Shown piece after piece: positions 1 through 12,575 of a stretch of DNA of 64,000 nt (position 1 is the first letter of the stretch; each line of letters opens with the position of its first letter). The notes below the pieces were generated by a model that did not search any database, was not told the DNA's origin, and saw only the letters and a list, made by a program, of their open reading frames with translations. The stretch is from Malacoraja senta (lineage: Eukaryota), in contig JAXLNO010005563.1 in the NCBI GenBank assembly GCA_038087875.1, positions 1 through 64,000 of the forward strand, in the 5' to 3' direction. A program made the position numbers and the translations under genes.

Positions 1-245
1 GCCTTTTGGCCCACTGAACCTGTGCTGACTAACGACCACCCAAATATTAGTTCTATCCTACACACTAGGGACAATTTACAGAAGCCAAAAAACTTACAAA
101 CCTGCACTTCTTTGAATGTGATGGAACTGTAGCACCCGGAGATAACTCACATGGTCACAGAGAGAATATATGAACTCTATATAGACAGCACCCATTGTCA
201 GGATTGAACTTTGGTCTGTGGTACTGTAAGGCAGCAACTTTCCAG
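1..245 (-). mobile_element. tRNA-derived SINE (HE1/V-SINE-like), partial
   Basis: Reverse complement reads AGTTGCTGCCTTACAG...GTTCAATCC (Pol III head) followed by the conserved core also seen at 5240-5515, 28700-28995 and 34795-35080. Confidence 0.75.
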
Positions 246-1528
246 GTACAGTTGCATGCTATCCAATTGGATGAGATAACAACATACATATATATGATCA
301 AGTCAACTCAAGTACTGTAGGTAGAGCAAAGGGGAAGGTACAGAGTGTGGCATATAGTTCTCAGCAATGTAGCACACCAGTTCCATTAGATAAGGGTTTC
401 GACACGAAACGTGACACATTCCTTCTCTCCAGAGATGCTGCCTGACCCGTTGAGTTACTCTAGCATTTTGTGTCTATCTGCGGTTTAAACCAGCATCTAC
501 AGTTCCTTCCTACATAGTTCTATAAACAGTCCACTGTCTGTAATGGGGTAGTGGTCAATTGGACAGAACCCAAGCTTATGGAATGATCATTCAGAAGTCT
601 GATTTTCTCCTCGGTTATCAAGTTTCCGAGTAAGCCATTTGGTCCTCTAACCTGCCCACCATTCAATATGACCATGGCTGACGTTCCTCATGCATCACCT
701 CCTGTTCAGTGTCAGTTCCCCATAGCACTCAATTCTCCAATCTTTCAAAAGTTTAACTACCGCCACATTAAATACTTCCAATGAGTTTGTCTTCACAAAT
801 CTCTGGGGTCAAGAGCGCCAGAGAATGACCACACTCTGCAAAAAGAGATTTTGTAAACAAATGACTGGTCTCTTTTATCTCTTATTGAAGAGGAGTGAAA
901 ATACTGCCAATTTTAAGCTTGGCCCCTCCCCAATTGGCCCTCATTTCGTAACTTGTCAATTATTTATTATTGTCAATAATGTGCCCTAGTGAAACGATTT
1001 GCTGTTGGTATTAGTTTATTATTGTCACGTGAACTGAGATATAGTCAAAAGTTTGTCTGTGTGTTATCCAATCAGATCATACTACACATGTGCAATCAAG
1101 CTATCCACAAGTAGATCCGTGCAAAGAGAAAGCTACTCAGAGTGCAGAATATCGGGTTACAATATCATAGCATTACAGTTACAGAGAAAGTGCAGATCAA
1201 AAAGAGTTGCAAGGTTCACAATGAGATTGGTTGGAAGATCAGGACAACATCTTATCTTACATGAGAATCATTCAGTAGTCCAATAACCGTGGGGAAGGAA
1301 CTGTTCCTGAATTTAATGGTACGTACTTTCAAACTTTGTTGTGTACTGTCTTAACAGGGAGCGTACGATCCCTTTTAAACCACGTGGTTGGTTGATGGTG
1401 ACGATAGAGGCAAAATGGGGCAGATGTGGACAGTAACTTGGTTGTTGTAGTAGACTGAAGAATATTTTGTGGTGGGTGACTGTGGAAGTTTTACTGAAGG
1501 TGAAAATAACCATCTTACTGTCTTGTAG

Positions 1529-1795
1529 TTTCCCCTGAGGTCACTCTCGCTGCCCGCCCTGATGATCATTCAGTCCTGTACTGCACTGTGTTTGGATTTT
1601 ACCCACCAGCCATCAATGTCAGCTGGTTGCAGAATGGTCAACATGTCCCTGAGACCAAATCTTCTGGGGTCATACCCAACAACGATGGAACATATCATCT
1701 AAAGTCTGTCCTTGAGTATGATCCGTATGATGGGAAACAGTATTCCTGTCATGTCGATCACAGCAGCCTGCCCGATGGGAAGACCATCATCTGGG
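1529..1795 (+). CDS. MHC class I-like heavy chain alpha3 (Ig C1-set) exon
   Basis: Acceptor tcttgtAG (1527-28), donor GTAAG (1796), 267 nt, phase 1-1. Translates (x)SPEVTLAARPDDHSVLYCTVFGFYPPAINVSWLQNGQHVPETKSSGVIPNNDGTYHLKSVLEYDPYDGKQYSCHVDHSSLPDGKTIIW, with C..GFYP..I.V.W, PNNDGTY and Y.C.V.H.SL motifs. Confidence 0.9.
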
Positions 1796-2084
1796 GTAAG
1801 AACGTTAAATATTCTTTCATAGATAATCATTATCTTCTGTTGTTTCCATTTTAATCATTGTGACTACATCCCATATTCCAAGATGCTTAAACTTTCTTTG
1901 TTTAGTGGTGTTGCTCTAAGCAATCACATAATCAGCACCCACTCTCCACATGAGCAGAAGACTTTGTCAACAGAAAATTTATCAAAAGTAAATAAATAAC
2001 TAATATACAAGGAAGGAGTATTTGAGATTCTCAGTGGTGGAACTGAAATCCATGAAAGGTATGTTTAAATAAAAAATGAATCTT

Positions 2085-2830
2085 TCCTCATGATGTGATT
2101 AACAGCAAGGCACTGGGGGAGTACATGCCCCAATCCAAATCAATGGTCCGAAGTGGAAATGATTGAGAGCTTCATGTTCCTTGGCATGAATATATCCAAT
2201 ATTCGGTCATGGACTGGCCACATAGCCAAGGAGGCACACCAACATCTCTACTTCCTCAGGAGACTGAGAATATTCATCATGTCTCTGGTGACTCCAGCAA
2301 ACATCTATAGATGCTGCTAGAGAAAGCATGTTGTTGGGTTGCATCACATCTTGATTTGGGAACTGCACTGCCCAAGACTGCAAGAATATACAAAGAGTTA
2401 AAGATCATCACACAGCCCAGACTTCCCACTATTGATTCAGTCTACACCAGGTTGCCTTGGAAAACGAGAATTATCCCACCCCGGTCATTCCTCCTTCCTG
2501 CTCCCATCAGGCAATAGGTACAGAAAGTTGAAAGTATACACTGCCACAGGAACACCCCCTTTCCATCTGTTAAGAGGCTTCGGAAGGGTCCTTCCATAAT
2601 GTAGGTTTAATGCCCGATTCACCTCAACCTCATTGCACATTGAACATTGTCCATGGAACTGATGCGTTACAATGCTGAGAACGATATTCTGTACTCTGTA
2701 TCCTCCTCTTTGCTCTATCTATTGTTTTTGAGTTTGTATTTATGTATAGTTTTATCATTTGTTTGGATAGCATACAAAACAAACCTTTGCACTGTATCTT
2801 GAAACATCTGGCATTAATAAAACAAAACCT
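2085..2830 (+). mobile_element. Degenerate Rex1/Babar-type LINE 3' end
   Basis: Frameshifted remnants (LPTIDSVYTR...) of the C-terminal region that is intact at 23322-23993, followed by a similar 3' UTR. Confidence 0.65.
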
Positions 2831-3291
2831 AATGAAGTAAGTTCCATGACGCAAGTTACAGATTCAGCAACGAAAAATATAACTGCCTGACAAACAGCGA
2901 TCGTACTAGTTTGATTCCAGGTATGCTGCACTAACCTACACAAATGCTCACTTTTGAAGATCCCCTCGAACAATGCACAACTAAGGAATCTGATGTTTCA
3001 CTCTGAAAACTGTTGACATACTCCAGGAACTTAATTTCCAACCTATCTATGTATCATCAGCAATCTAGGCTACAGCGCCATCAATCCCTTCATCTGCTCT
3101 TAATACCAACGATAAGTAGTTCACTTTCTTGCATTGATTCCCAACCTGCAGTTGCAGTTTCCCAACCTGAACACTCCTTTAAGACAACTCTCTGCTTGCT
3201 CTTAATTGTTTTTTCCATTCATGCTAATTATTACCCCCAATGTCATAAGCCTTTGCAACACTTGATTGATATCTTATGAAAATCCAGATAT

Positions 3292-3521
3292 TGTGGCGTC
3301 ATCTGGTGGTCAGGCCACTTATTGCTAGAACCCTCGTCAGGGGAGCTGGGACTATCATGTGACAGGGTTTTGGTGGGAGTTGGTGATGAGTTAATCGGCA
3401 GTCAACTGGTGTGCCCGATTACAACGGCAGGAACTTTGCTCAAGTCGTTACTAAACGCGAGTGGGCCAAAACTGTATTTCTTTAAAAACATTGATTTGTT
3501 CACGACGTTTGGATCTCTACA
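3292..3521. mobile_element. Solo LTR (TG...CA, 4-bp TSD ATAT), probably Gypsy-type
   Basis: Begins TGTGGCG, ends CTCTACA, ATAT on both sides (3288-3291, 3522-3525). Shares blocks (GGCCACTTA, GAACCCTCGTCAG, GCAGTCAAC, GTTTGG..CTACA) with 49585-49871. Confidence 0.7.
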
Positions 3522-4474
3522 ATATATTGTATTTCTTTTGTTTCTCATTCCAATTTTGTTACCTATTCTGCTTTTCCATCATTTTGTTTTTGAATTTTAG
3601 ACTGCACACCTGCTGCTCGAATATACATTGTCTACGGGTTCCTGTTGCATTTTCAAAGAATTCTAATCAATTTCTCAAACAAAGTTTGAAGAAGGGTCCC
3701 AAAACGAAACGTCACCTCTCCATGTGTAAGAAGAAACTGCAAATGCTGGTTTACACCGAAGATGGACACAAATTGCTGGAATAACTCAGCTGATCAGCCA
3801 GCATCTCTGGAGAAAAGGAATAGGTGATGAATCCATGTTCGCCAGAGATGCTGCCTGTTCCGCTGAGTTACTCCAGCATTTTGTGTCTATCATGTATATT
3901 CTTTCCACTGACTGATTAGCACGTAACAAAAGATTTTCACTGTACCTCAATACATGTGACAATAAACTAAACTAAAGCTTTTGTGTAAATCAGTATTTGC
4001 ATCTCTTTCTTTCTACAATTTTCCTGTTAATGCCCTGATAAAGCACTTTATTGTTTTGTTATTATTTAAATGTTCTGCCATTATTGAAAGGAATCCAGCA
4101 TTTTCCCCAAAACAAATGTTAGTTTATATAGGGTTAAAGCTTTCTGCTTCCAATTCACCTTCTTTCTTGAATTAAGTTGTGGCTGTGATGGTGCCATAGA
4201 TCATAGAGTTGTACAAAACATATATTGTCCCTTTGCCATGCTGCAGAACTCCGTGATTCAAAGCACCATATCATCTTATATACCTTGAAAAGCGCCAAAG
4301 ATAGAAACAAAATGCTGGAGTAACTCAGTGGTCAGGTAACATCTCTAGAGAAAAGGAATAGGTGGCATTTCGGGTCGAGACCCTTCTTCACTCTGAAGTC
4401 TTCAGACAGTGCCCATCTATTTAGCTGCACAGCTTAACAATTGATTTGTAAAATTATGCATTCTTATTTTTCAG

Positions 4475-4582
4475 AAGGAAATAGGAAGAAAGACAGGCAC
4501 ATAGGCCTTATTGCCGTGTGTGTGCTGATATTGCTGGCTATTGTCTTGGCAGTAATTGTTTGGTGGAGAAAAAAGAGGAGAG
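4475..4582 (+). CDS. Connecting peptide/transmembrane exon of the MHC class I-like gene
   Basis: Acceptor tcttatttttcAG (4473-74), donor GTAAG (4583), 108 nt, phase 1-1, in frame with the alpha3 exon: (E)GNRKKDRHIGLIAVCVLILLAIVLAVIVWWRKKRR, a 21-aa hydrophobic helix plus basic stop-transfer. Confidence 0.88.
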
Positions 4583-4839
4583 GTAAGATGGAAAAATTGT
4601 GATGCACTGTTGCTAGTAAAGGTATTGGGCTTGAAGAAATGTTCGATCTCAAGTAGGATAAGGCAGCAGCTACACCTGAAATGCCTCGACAGTCACCACT
4701 GTCAACTAGCCTTTGTGCTGTTGTTAAATGTTTCTGATAATCAGATATTTAAATATTGTGAATTCAGTGTAAAAAAATGTTATACATTATGGATTCACTG
4801 CCCCAAATCCTAGAAATATCAATGAGTCATTAAAAAGTA

Positions 4840-5142
4840 CAGCATGGAAGCAGTCCTTTCGGCCCACTGTGTCCATGCCAACCACCAACCACCTGTTCTC
4901 ATGAATTCTATCTCATTGCACCTTCTCATCCAGTCACCCACCCACTAGGGGCAATTTACAGTGGCCAATTAAACTATAAACTGACACATCTTAGGATGTG
5001 TGAGGAAACCGGAGCCCCTGGAGGGATCCAATGCGGTTACACGGACAACGTGCAAACTCCACATAGATGGCACTCAAGGTCAAAATTGAACCCGGGTCTG
5101 TGTCGCTGTGAGGCAGCAGCTCTACGAGTTGTGACACTGTGC
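4840..5142 (-). mobile_element. HE1/V-SINE-like SINE
   Basis: Same head (AGAGCTGCTGCCTCACAGCG...CCGGGTTCAAT on minus) and core as other copies. Confidence 0.75.
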
Positions 5143-5239
5143 TGCTCTGTTGGGGGCTCGCACTGTTCATGATCCAAGTCAGCTATGAGGCAGATTGGTT
5201 GCAGTTTAACGTTTACTAGTTTTGTTTTAGTTTAATTTA

Positions 5240-5515
5240 GAGATACAGTGACGAAACAGGTCCTTAGGCCCACCGAGTCTGCGCTGACCAGCGATCCCCG
5301 CACATTAACACTATCCTATACACGCACACCAAGCCAATTAACCTACATACCTGTACGTCTTTGGAGTGTGGGAGGAAACCTTAGATCTCGGAGAAAACAC
5401 ACGCGGTCATGGGGAGAACGTACAAACTCTGTACAGACAGCATCAGTAGTCGGGATCGAACCCGGGTCTCCGGTGCTGCAAGCACTGTAAGGCAGCAACT
5501 CTACCGCTGCACACA
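5240..5515 (-). mobile_element. HE1/V-SINE-like SINE
   Basis: Minus strand has A-box-like GTGCAGCGGTAGAG and B-box GGTTCGATCCC, then GTACGTTCTCCCCATGACCGCGTG core. Confidence 0.8.
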
Positions 5516-5639
5516 GTAGCTGCCACCAAGGCCGCTGTTGCTGGAAAACTCAAAACTAAGTGGGAATGTGAGTAGTGGGAGAAATGGTTCAAGGTGGAAA
5601 GCCGAATGAATGAGCAACAACATGACAGGTGGACTACAA

Positions 5640-5930
5640 TGTGAAACAGAGCAGCACAGTAGAGCCAGAGACCTGAATTAAATACCGACATCGGCTGTTG
5701 TATCTGTAGAGTTTGCATGTTGTTCCTGTGACCATGTGGGTTTCCCCAGGTGCTCTGGTTTCCTCCCACATCCCCAAAACATTGTTTGGTAGGTTAGTTG
5801 TCCCCTGGATTGTGCATGATACAATGTGGGGAGAGCTGATGAGAATGTGTGACAAATGTAGGATTAGTGTACATGAATGGTTGGTGCAGGTCAGTGGGAC
5901 AAAGGCCATGTTTGTATGCTGCATATTTCC
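5640..5930 (+). mobile_element. HE1/V-SINE-like SINE (degenerate)
   Basis: GAGTTTGCATGTT...GTGGGTTTCCCCAGGTGCTCTGGTTTCCTCCCAC core. Confidence 0.7.
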
Positions 5931-6419
5931 ATGACTCTTTATGATGTAGAAAGATGCTGACTATTTTTGATTTATAAGATTGGGAAAGACTGTGAGGGAC
6001 AGTGCTATAGTAACTCAGCAGGTCAGGCAACATCCCTGGAGACCATGGATAGGTGACAATCTGGTTCGAGACTCTTCAGGCAAATTACAATGGGTATTCC
6101 TCCGCTTAAGTCTGATAGTAGTGTACAGATGCAACTCAACCACTGACTTGCTCAACAAGTGCTTAAATTAGTTGAATTAAAGTATGTTTGGAGTAACATG
6201 CAGCAGTCCTTAAAATCTACCATTTCCCAAATCCCAAGAGAGCTGGATGATCAGGGTTTTAGTGTAATCTATATCACTGGTTTCTTGCCTGTGATCACAC
6301 TGTTGTAAGATATATTCTGGTGATGAATTGCAGTTCACTTTCCTCCTGTGTAAAGGTGTTATTGTGTTGAATATAACAAGTGGAAGGGAAAGTCAGTGTA
6401 GGATTTAGTTTGTACGTAA

Positions 6420-6690
6420 TGCAGCATGGTAGTACTGCTGTCTCACAACGCCAGAGACCCAGGTTCAATCTGGACCTCGGGTACTGTCTACGTGGAGTTT
6501 GCACATTCTCTTGTGACTATGTGGGCTTCCTCAGGGAGCTCCGGTTTCCTACCATATCCCAAAGATGAGCAGGTGTGCAGGTAATCATCCTCGGTAAGTC
6601 ACCCTGATAGTGTAGGGGTGGATGGGAAATCTATTATGAATGGGTGATTGCTGGTTAGTATGGATTTGGTGGCACAAATGGCCTGTTTAC
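6420..6690 (+). mobile_element. HE1/V-SINE-like SINE
   Basis: CGCCAGAGACCCAGGTTCAATC head and GTGGAGTTTGCACATTCTC...CTCCGGTTTCCT core. Confidence 0.72.
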
Positions 6691-7419
6691 ACACTGTATC
6701 ACTGTTTTCAAGAGAGAGTTAGATTTAGCTCTTAGGGCTAAGGGAGTCAAGGGATATGGGGAAAAAGCCAGATCGGAGTATTAATTTTGGATGATCAGCC
6801 ATGATTGTATTGAATGGCGGTGCTGGCTCAAAGGGCCGAATAGCCTATTCCTGCACCTATTTTTTTATGTTTCTATCTTTCTATTAAATAAACTAAATTG
6901 GAAGACAGAAGGTATTGACTGATGCATCTTCACGCCAGCTGTAAATGTCATAAACTCTGAGAATTGATTGCAAATGTTATATAATATTATAAACTAAACT
7001 GGGTGATCAAAATGACAAGATGGATGAAGAGCAGAGTTTTCATTGAAATAACAGACGTGCAGCTTTCTCGAGCACTTGGCCTTGGTTGTGTAATATTTCC
7101 TCTTCAAAATACAATGTTCCCAGGCATTGCTGGTCTAAGACACCATTCAGCAAGTATATTTCCTGAAATTGAGATTCTGCTTTCATGGTATCAAGATGTC
7201 TAACAGCACCAGCACCCAGATCAGAACCTTGCCAAAACTAAGAATGCAGCAACAATTTAGTCATTGAACATCAACGACATGCATATTTGAACTGAGGCAA
7301 TGGTTAGCTTATTATCACTGTAAACCAGTCATGGTCATGGGTCTGCCATTGTGGTCACTATTAGTGAGGGTGATTAACTATCATTTAGCAGTGAAACGGA
7401 AAAGAATTGGCTTTTCAAG

Positions 7420-7949
7420 CCCACGGAGCTATAGAGTCATACGGCATGGAAATGGGCCCTTTGCCTCAACTTGGCCATGCCAACCAAGATGCCATGTTGA
7501 AACTACAATTTTCCTGCAATTGACCCATATCTCACTGAACCTTTCCTATCTACAGTATGTACCTGTCCAAGTGTGTTCTAAATTTGTTTTAATACCTGCC
7601 TCAACTCCTTCCCCTGGAATGTTCTTCCATATTTCCACTTCCTCTGGTTCCGAGTAACTCGTTTCCTTCTCACCTTAAACCTAAGTCCTCTGGTTCTTGA
7701 TTACATAAGGCTGGTTAAAAGATTCTGTGCATTCAATCTATCTATGCTCCTTGATTTTATAAACTTCTATAAGATCACCCCTCAGCCTCTTGCGTGCCAA
7801 GTACTAAAGTCCAAGCATTCTCATCCTCTCCCTGAATCGCAGGCCCTGTTAATGACATCCTTCCGATAGTGGAGTGACCAAAACTTAACACAATACTCCA
7901 AATGTGGCCTCACCAACATCTTGTACAACTGTAGCAGAACATCCCAACT
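7420..7949 (-). mobile_element. CR1 LINE 3' fragment
   Basis: Reverse complement matches the CR1 RT C-terminal and 3' UTR segments found in other copies in the window. Confidence 0.65.
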
Positions 7950-10900
7950 TTTTTATTCAGTAACTTTCTTTTAAAATCTTTTTATTGTTTTTTTTCCAAA
8001 AACCAAAAACAAAAATAAAACATAAAAAACAGAGCAAAAAGAATAATGATAAACATAACAATGGTATTGATACATAGGGATCAGGATTACATTAATAACA
8101 GGTATAACCTAATATGAGACCAGTGTCAAAATACACAATGAATATAGACGTCTCGGTCTCTATGTAAATATAGTTAAATCTTTAAAAGGAACCATAAATG
8201 TTAAAAAAAAAGCAAAGATAAAAAGACAAAAAGAAAAAGAAAAAACAAAACCCCCCTAAACTAAAAAAAATTAAAAAATATTGATAATAATAATATAAGA
8301 ATAAGAATAAAATAAATAAATAAAACAAAACAGAGCAAAACCGAATCTGAACTGAGAAATTCAACAATTCAACAACAGTTTGTCGTCAAGTCCGTTCCAC
8401 CCTATGAAGGTAAAATAATTTTTATAATGGTTAAAGAGGGATCATTTTATGTTGTATGAAAGTGTTCAATAAATTTTCCCCAAGTCTTATCAAATTTAAC
8501 CAAGGGTTCAACAATGTCACTTCTGATTTTTTCTAAATTTAAACATGATATCGTTTCAGAATACCACTGGGGTGTGGTCGGAGGGTTGGAATCTTTCCAT
8601 TTAAAGAAAATAAATCTTCTGGCAATTAATGTGGTAAAAGCAATCAACCGATGGGCGGAGTGGGACAAATGAATAGAATCTAACATTGGTAACCCAAAAA
8701 TTGCAGTAATAGGATGAGGTTGTAAATCTATACCTAAGACTACCGAAATAGTATCAAAAATTTATTTCCAATATTTTTCCAAAAGAGGGCAGGACCAAAA
8801 CTTATGAGTCATTGAGGCCACTTCAGAGTTACATCTGTCACAGGTAGGATTTATATGACCATAAAAACGAGCTAACTTATCTTTTGACATATGAGCTCTG
8901 TGGACCACCTTGAATTGTATCAAAGCGTGTCTTGCACACATTGAAGAGGTATTAACTAATTGAAGGATCCTCTCCCATTTCTCTATAGATAAAGACATTT
9001 GGAGTTCTCTTTCCCAGTCATTCTTAATTTTATCAAATGTATCTATTTGTAATTTTGAAATCAACTCATGAATAGTTGTTAGTAATCCTTTCTGATAAGG
9101 GTTCAACTGTAAAAAAAATCCAAAATTTCGGGTTGATGTGGTAGCGGAAAAAGGGGTAGTTCCATTTGTCTAATTTGTAAATATCTAAAAAAGTGTGAAT
9201 TAGGTAAGTTATATTTATTGGAGAGTTGTTCGAAAGACATAAAACAACACTCCAAAAACAAATCATGAAAAGCTACTAATCCCTTCCTCTTCCATAACAA
9301 AAAAACTTGATCAGTACTAGATGGTTGGAAGAGAAATTTGGATAAAATCAGATAGTCCAAAAAACTTACGAAATTGAAACCGTATTCGGAACGTATGTCT
9401 TATTATTGGGTTCGTCATATATTTATTCAATCTCGTAATTGTAAAAGGTAACGAGGTCCCCAGAATAGAAGCCAATTATAGCCCTTGTAAGGAATCACGT
9501 TCTAGGTTTATCCATCCAGGGCATTGGGTATCTTCTAAATCTTTTGTCCAAAATGTTAAATAACGAACATTGACTGCCCAATAGTAGAGTCTAAGGTTCG
9601 GCAATGCCAAACCACCAACTTTTTTTGATTTCTGTAGGTATCTTTTATCTAGTCTGGGATTTTTATCCTGCCATATATATGAAGAAATTTTAGAGTCTAT
9701 AATATCAAAGAAAGATTTGGCAATAAAAATTGGTATCGTCTGAAATAAATACAGAAATGTAGGTAAAATGAACATTTTAATAGCATTGATTCGGCCAATT
9801 AAGGATAAGGACATTGGTGACCATTTAGTGAACTGATGTTTAATATGGTCAATTAAAGGAATCAAATTAGCTTTAAATAAATCCTTGTGTTTCTTGGTGA
9901 TCTAAATACCTAAATAAGTAAAACTTTCAGTAGTCAATCTAAATGGAAACTGTCCATAACTCGAAACAAAATTATTTAATGGGAAAGCTCACCCTTACTA
10001 AGATTTAGTTTATAACCAGAAAAACTACTGAATTGATTAAGTAATGCCACTATTGCCGGAATAGATTTCTCAGGGTTAGAAATAAATAATAACAGATCAT
10101 CTGCATAAAGAGATAGCTTATGTGTCTTATTCCCGCGGACAATACCAAAAATATTAGGGGATTCCCTAATAGCAGTGGCTAAAGTTTCCAAAGCAATATC
10201 AAATAGTAAAGGACTTAAGGGACAGCCCTGTCTAGTACCTTGAAAGAGCCTGAAAAAAGGGCATCTCTGATTATTAGTAAATACAGAAGCCTGAGGTATA
10301 AGATATAGCAGTTTGATCCAAGAGATAAATTTTGGACCAATCTTAACTTTTTCAAGTATATTGAATAAGTATTCCATTCTACTCTATCAATAGCCTTCTC
10401 GGCATCAAGTGAGATGACACATTCTGGGGTTTTATTAGACGCTGTATATACAATATTTATTAATCTCCTAACATTAAAGAATAAGTAACGATTTTTAATA
10501 AAACCTGTCTGATCTTCAGAGATAATTTGCGGTAAAATCTTTTCCAATCTCATAGCTAATATTTTAGAAAGAATTTTAAAATCTACATTTAACATTGATA
10601 TAGGTCTATATGATGTCACTTCAGTAGGGTCTTTATCTTTTTTTTAAATTAAAGAAATAGAAGCTTCATAAAAAGATTGTGGTAATCTATTCCTTAAACA
10701 GGCTTCTTTAAATACCTTGCATAGCCATGGAGACAATAAATTTGAGAAATACTTTAAAAATTCTACTGTAAACCCATCTAAACCGGGAGCTTTACCAGAA
10801 GTCATTGAAAAAATTGCTTTCTGTATTTCTTCTTCCGTGATGGGTTCATCTAACAACAGAGACTCAGGAACATCGGGCCTCCGTAGAGGCAATAGCGGAG

Positions 10901-12575
10901 GCCTCAATAGGCCTGACTGTGGGAGATCTGGGGATGGGGACTGGACATTGTGCCTTCTGGTAACCATTGTGGGGGGATGATTTTTGTATGTAGTGTCTAT
11001 TTTTAGTCTGTGTCCAAGATCGCGGTCGGAAGGGAGAGTGGACGCTGTCGCGGTTTAGCTGCCGCTGCTCTCTCTTCACATTGTGTTTCAGATTACTTTT
11101 TTTTTGTGTCTTTGGATCGAATTCTGTCTTTAATTTGTGTATTGGTCATGTCTTTATAATTTATTTTACTCCGATTATATGTTTCTTATTTGTTAAACTC
11201 TGTAAGGTGTCCTTGAGACTTTGGTATAAGGCGCCCATAAATAAAAGTTATTATTATTATTATTATTGTATGGTAAATTTGGTAAGTTCAGTTTCTTTAA
11301 AAACTCATGCATTATATTGGAATCAGTAGGAAAATCTGATTGGTATAGGGAGGTATAAAATTCCTGAAAGGATTTATTAATTTCGTCATGGTCTACAGTT
11401 ACTGTACCATCCCGTTTACTCACTTTAGTAATCTGATGCTTGGCCGACACTGCTTTCAATTGATTAGCAAGTAATTTACCAGATTTTTCGCCATTTATAT
11501 AAAATTTACTTTTGGTTTTAAGTAACTGGTTCTCAATCGGTGATACTAATAACAAATCATATCTCAATTGAAGTTCAACTCTATTCTTATAGAGCTCTAA
11601 ACTAGGAGCTTTTGAATATTTTTTATCAATTTCTTTAATCTCGTCAGCCAATGTGTGTATTTCTTTTTGTGTTTGTATTTTTAATCCCGCGGAGTATGAA
11701 ATAATTTGTCCACGAATATATGTCTTAAAAGCATCCCAAACTATACCATTGGATATCTCTTCATTAGAGTTTGTCAAGAAGTAAAAAGCAATCTGATCTT
11801 TCATAAACTTAATAAAGTTTAAGTCTTGAAGCAAAGTAGCATTAAATCGCCATTGTTTAGCACTAAACTTGGAATCAGGTAGTTTGATCAATAGTTTCAA
11901 TGTTGCATGATCAGAAATAGCAATTGCATCATACTCGCATGCAATGACCGATGGAACTAGCCGAGAATCTAGTATAAAATAGTCATCCTAGAATAACTAT
12001 GATATACATGAGAGAAAAATGAAAATTCTTTGTCATTTGCGTGTAAGAATCTCCAAATTTCTAACATTCCCGAGTCAAGTAAAAAAGAATTAATAAAATT
12101 AGCTGATTTATTTGGAAGCGCATGATCAGATGTAGACCTATCAATCGAGGGATTCAAACAGCAATTGAAGTCTCCACCCATTATTAAAAAGTGTTCATTT
12201 AAGTTAGGAAAGGATGCAATTAACTGTTTAAAAAACTCAGGGTGATCAATATTTGGTGCATAGACATTAACCATAGCGACATTTTGCCTATAAAGGACAC
12301 CGGTAATCACCAAGAATCTGCCATATGGATCAGAAATTGTTTCATGGTGAACAAACGGAATTGAGGAGTCAATAAAAATAGACACTCCTTTCACCTTAGT
12401 CTGTGAATTTGAATGAAACTGCTGTCCTCTCCAAAACTTGAAAAATCGTGACATGTCATCTTGCCTTACATCAGTTTCCTGAACAAAGATAATCTGAGCA
12501 TTTAGTCTGTGAAGAACTTTTTTTTTTAAATTCCTCTTAATGGGATGGTCCAAGCCATTCACATTCCATGAAAGG
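7950..12575 (-). mobile_element. L1 (fish-type) LINE ORF2 plus 3' UTR, decayed
   Basis: APE endonuclease (SWNVNGL, IFVQET, GGDFN, 11969-12562), RT (YRPISMLNVDFKILSK, QGCPLSP, LYADD; 9976-10619), C-terminal CDRC..H..WSC (8762-9106), AATAAA on minus at 7981-86. Multiple frameshifts. Confidence 0.9.
10861..11267 (+). mobile_element. Inserted non-LTR 3' end (L2-type tail) inside the L1
   Basis: Interrupts L1 ORF2 between LPNLP and LLDEPITEEEI. Ends TGTAAGGTGTCCTTGAG...AGGCGCCCATAAATAAAAG(TTA)n. No TSD found, so the left boundary is approximate. Confidence 0.6.

Noticed and set aside
3601-3690. Polypyrimidine tract plus AG at 3599-3600 as an extra MHC exon
   Set aside because: The translation is not MHC-like, and alpha3 already joins the TM exon in frame.
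5440-5515. A/B-box sequences as tRNA genes (also at 28940-28995 and 35020-35080)
   Set aside because: They are SINE heads followed by the SINE core; no complete cloverleaf.
6080-6110. cag|GCA AAT TAC AAT GGG TAT TCC TCC GCT TAA (ANYNGYSSA*) as the MHC cytoplasmic exon
   Set aside because: It is phase 0 whereas the TM exon ends in phase 1, and the acceptor is the end of a Penelope-derived repeat.
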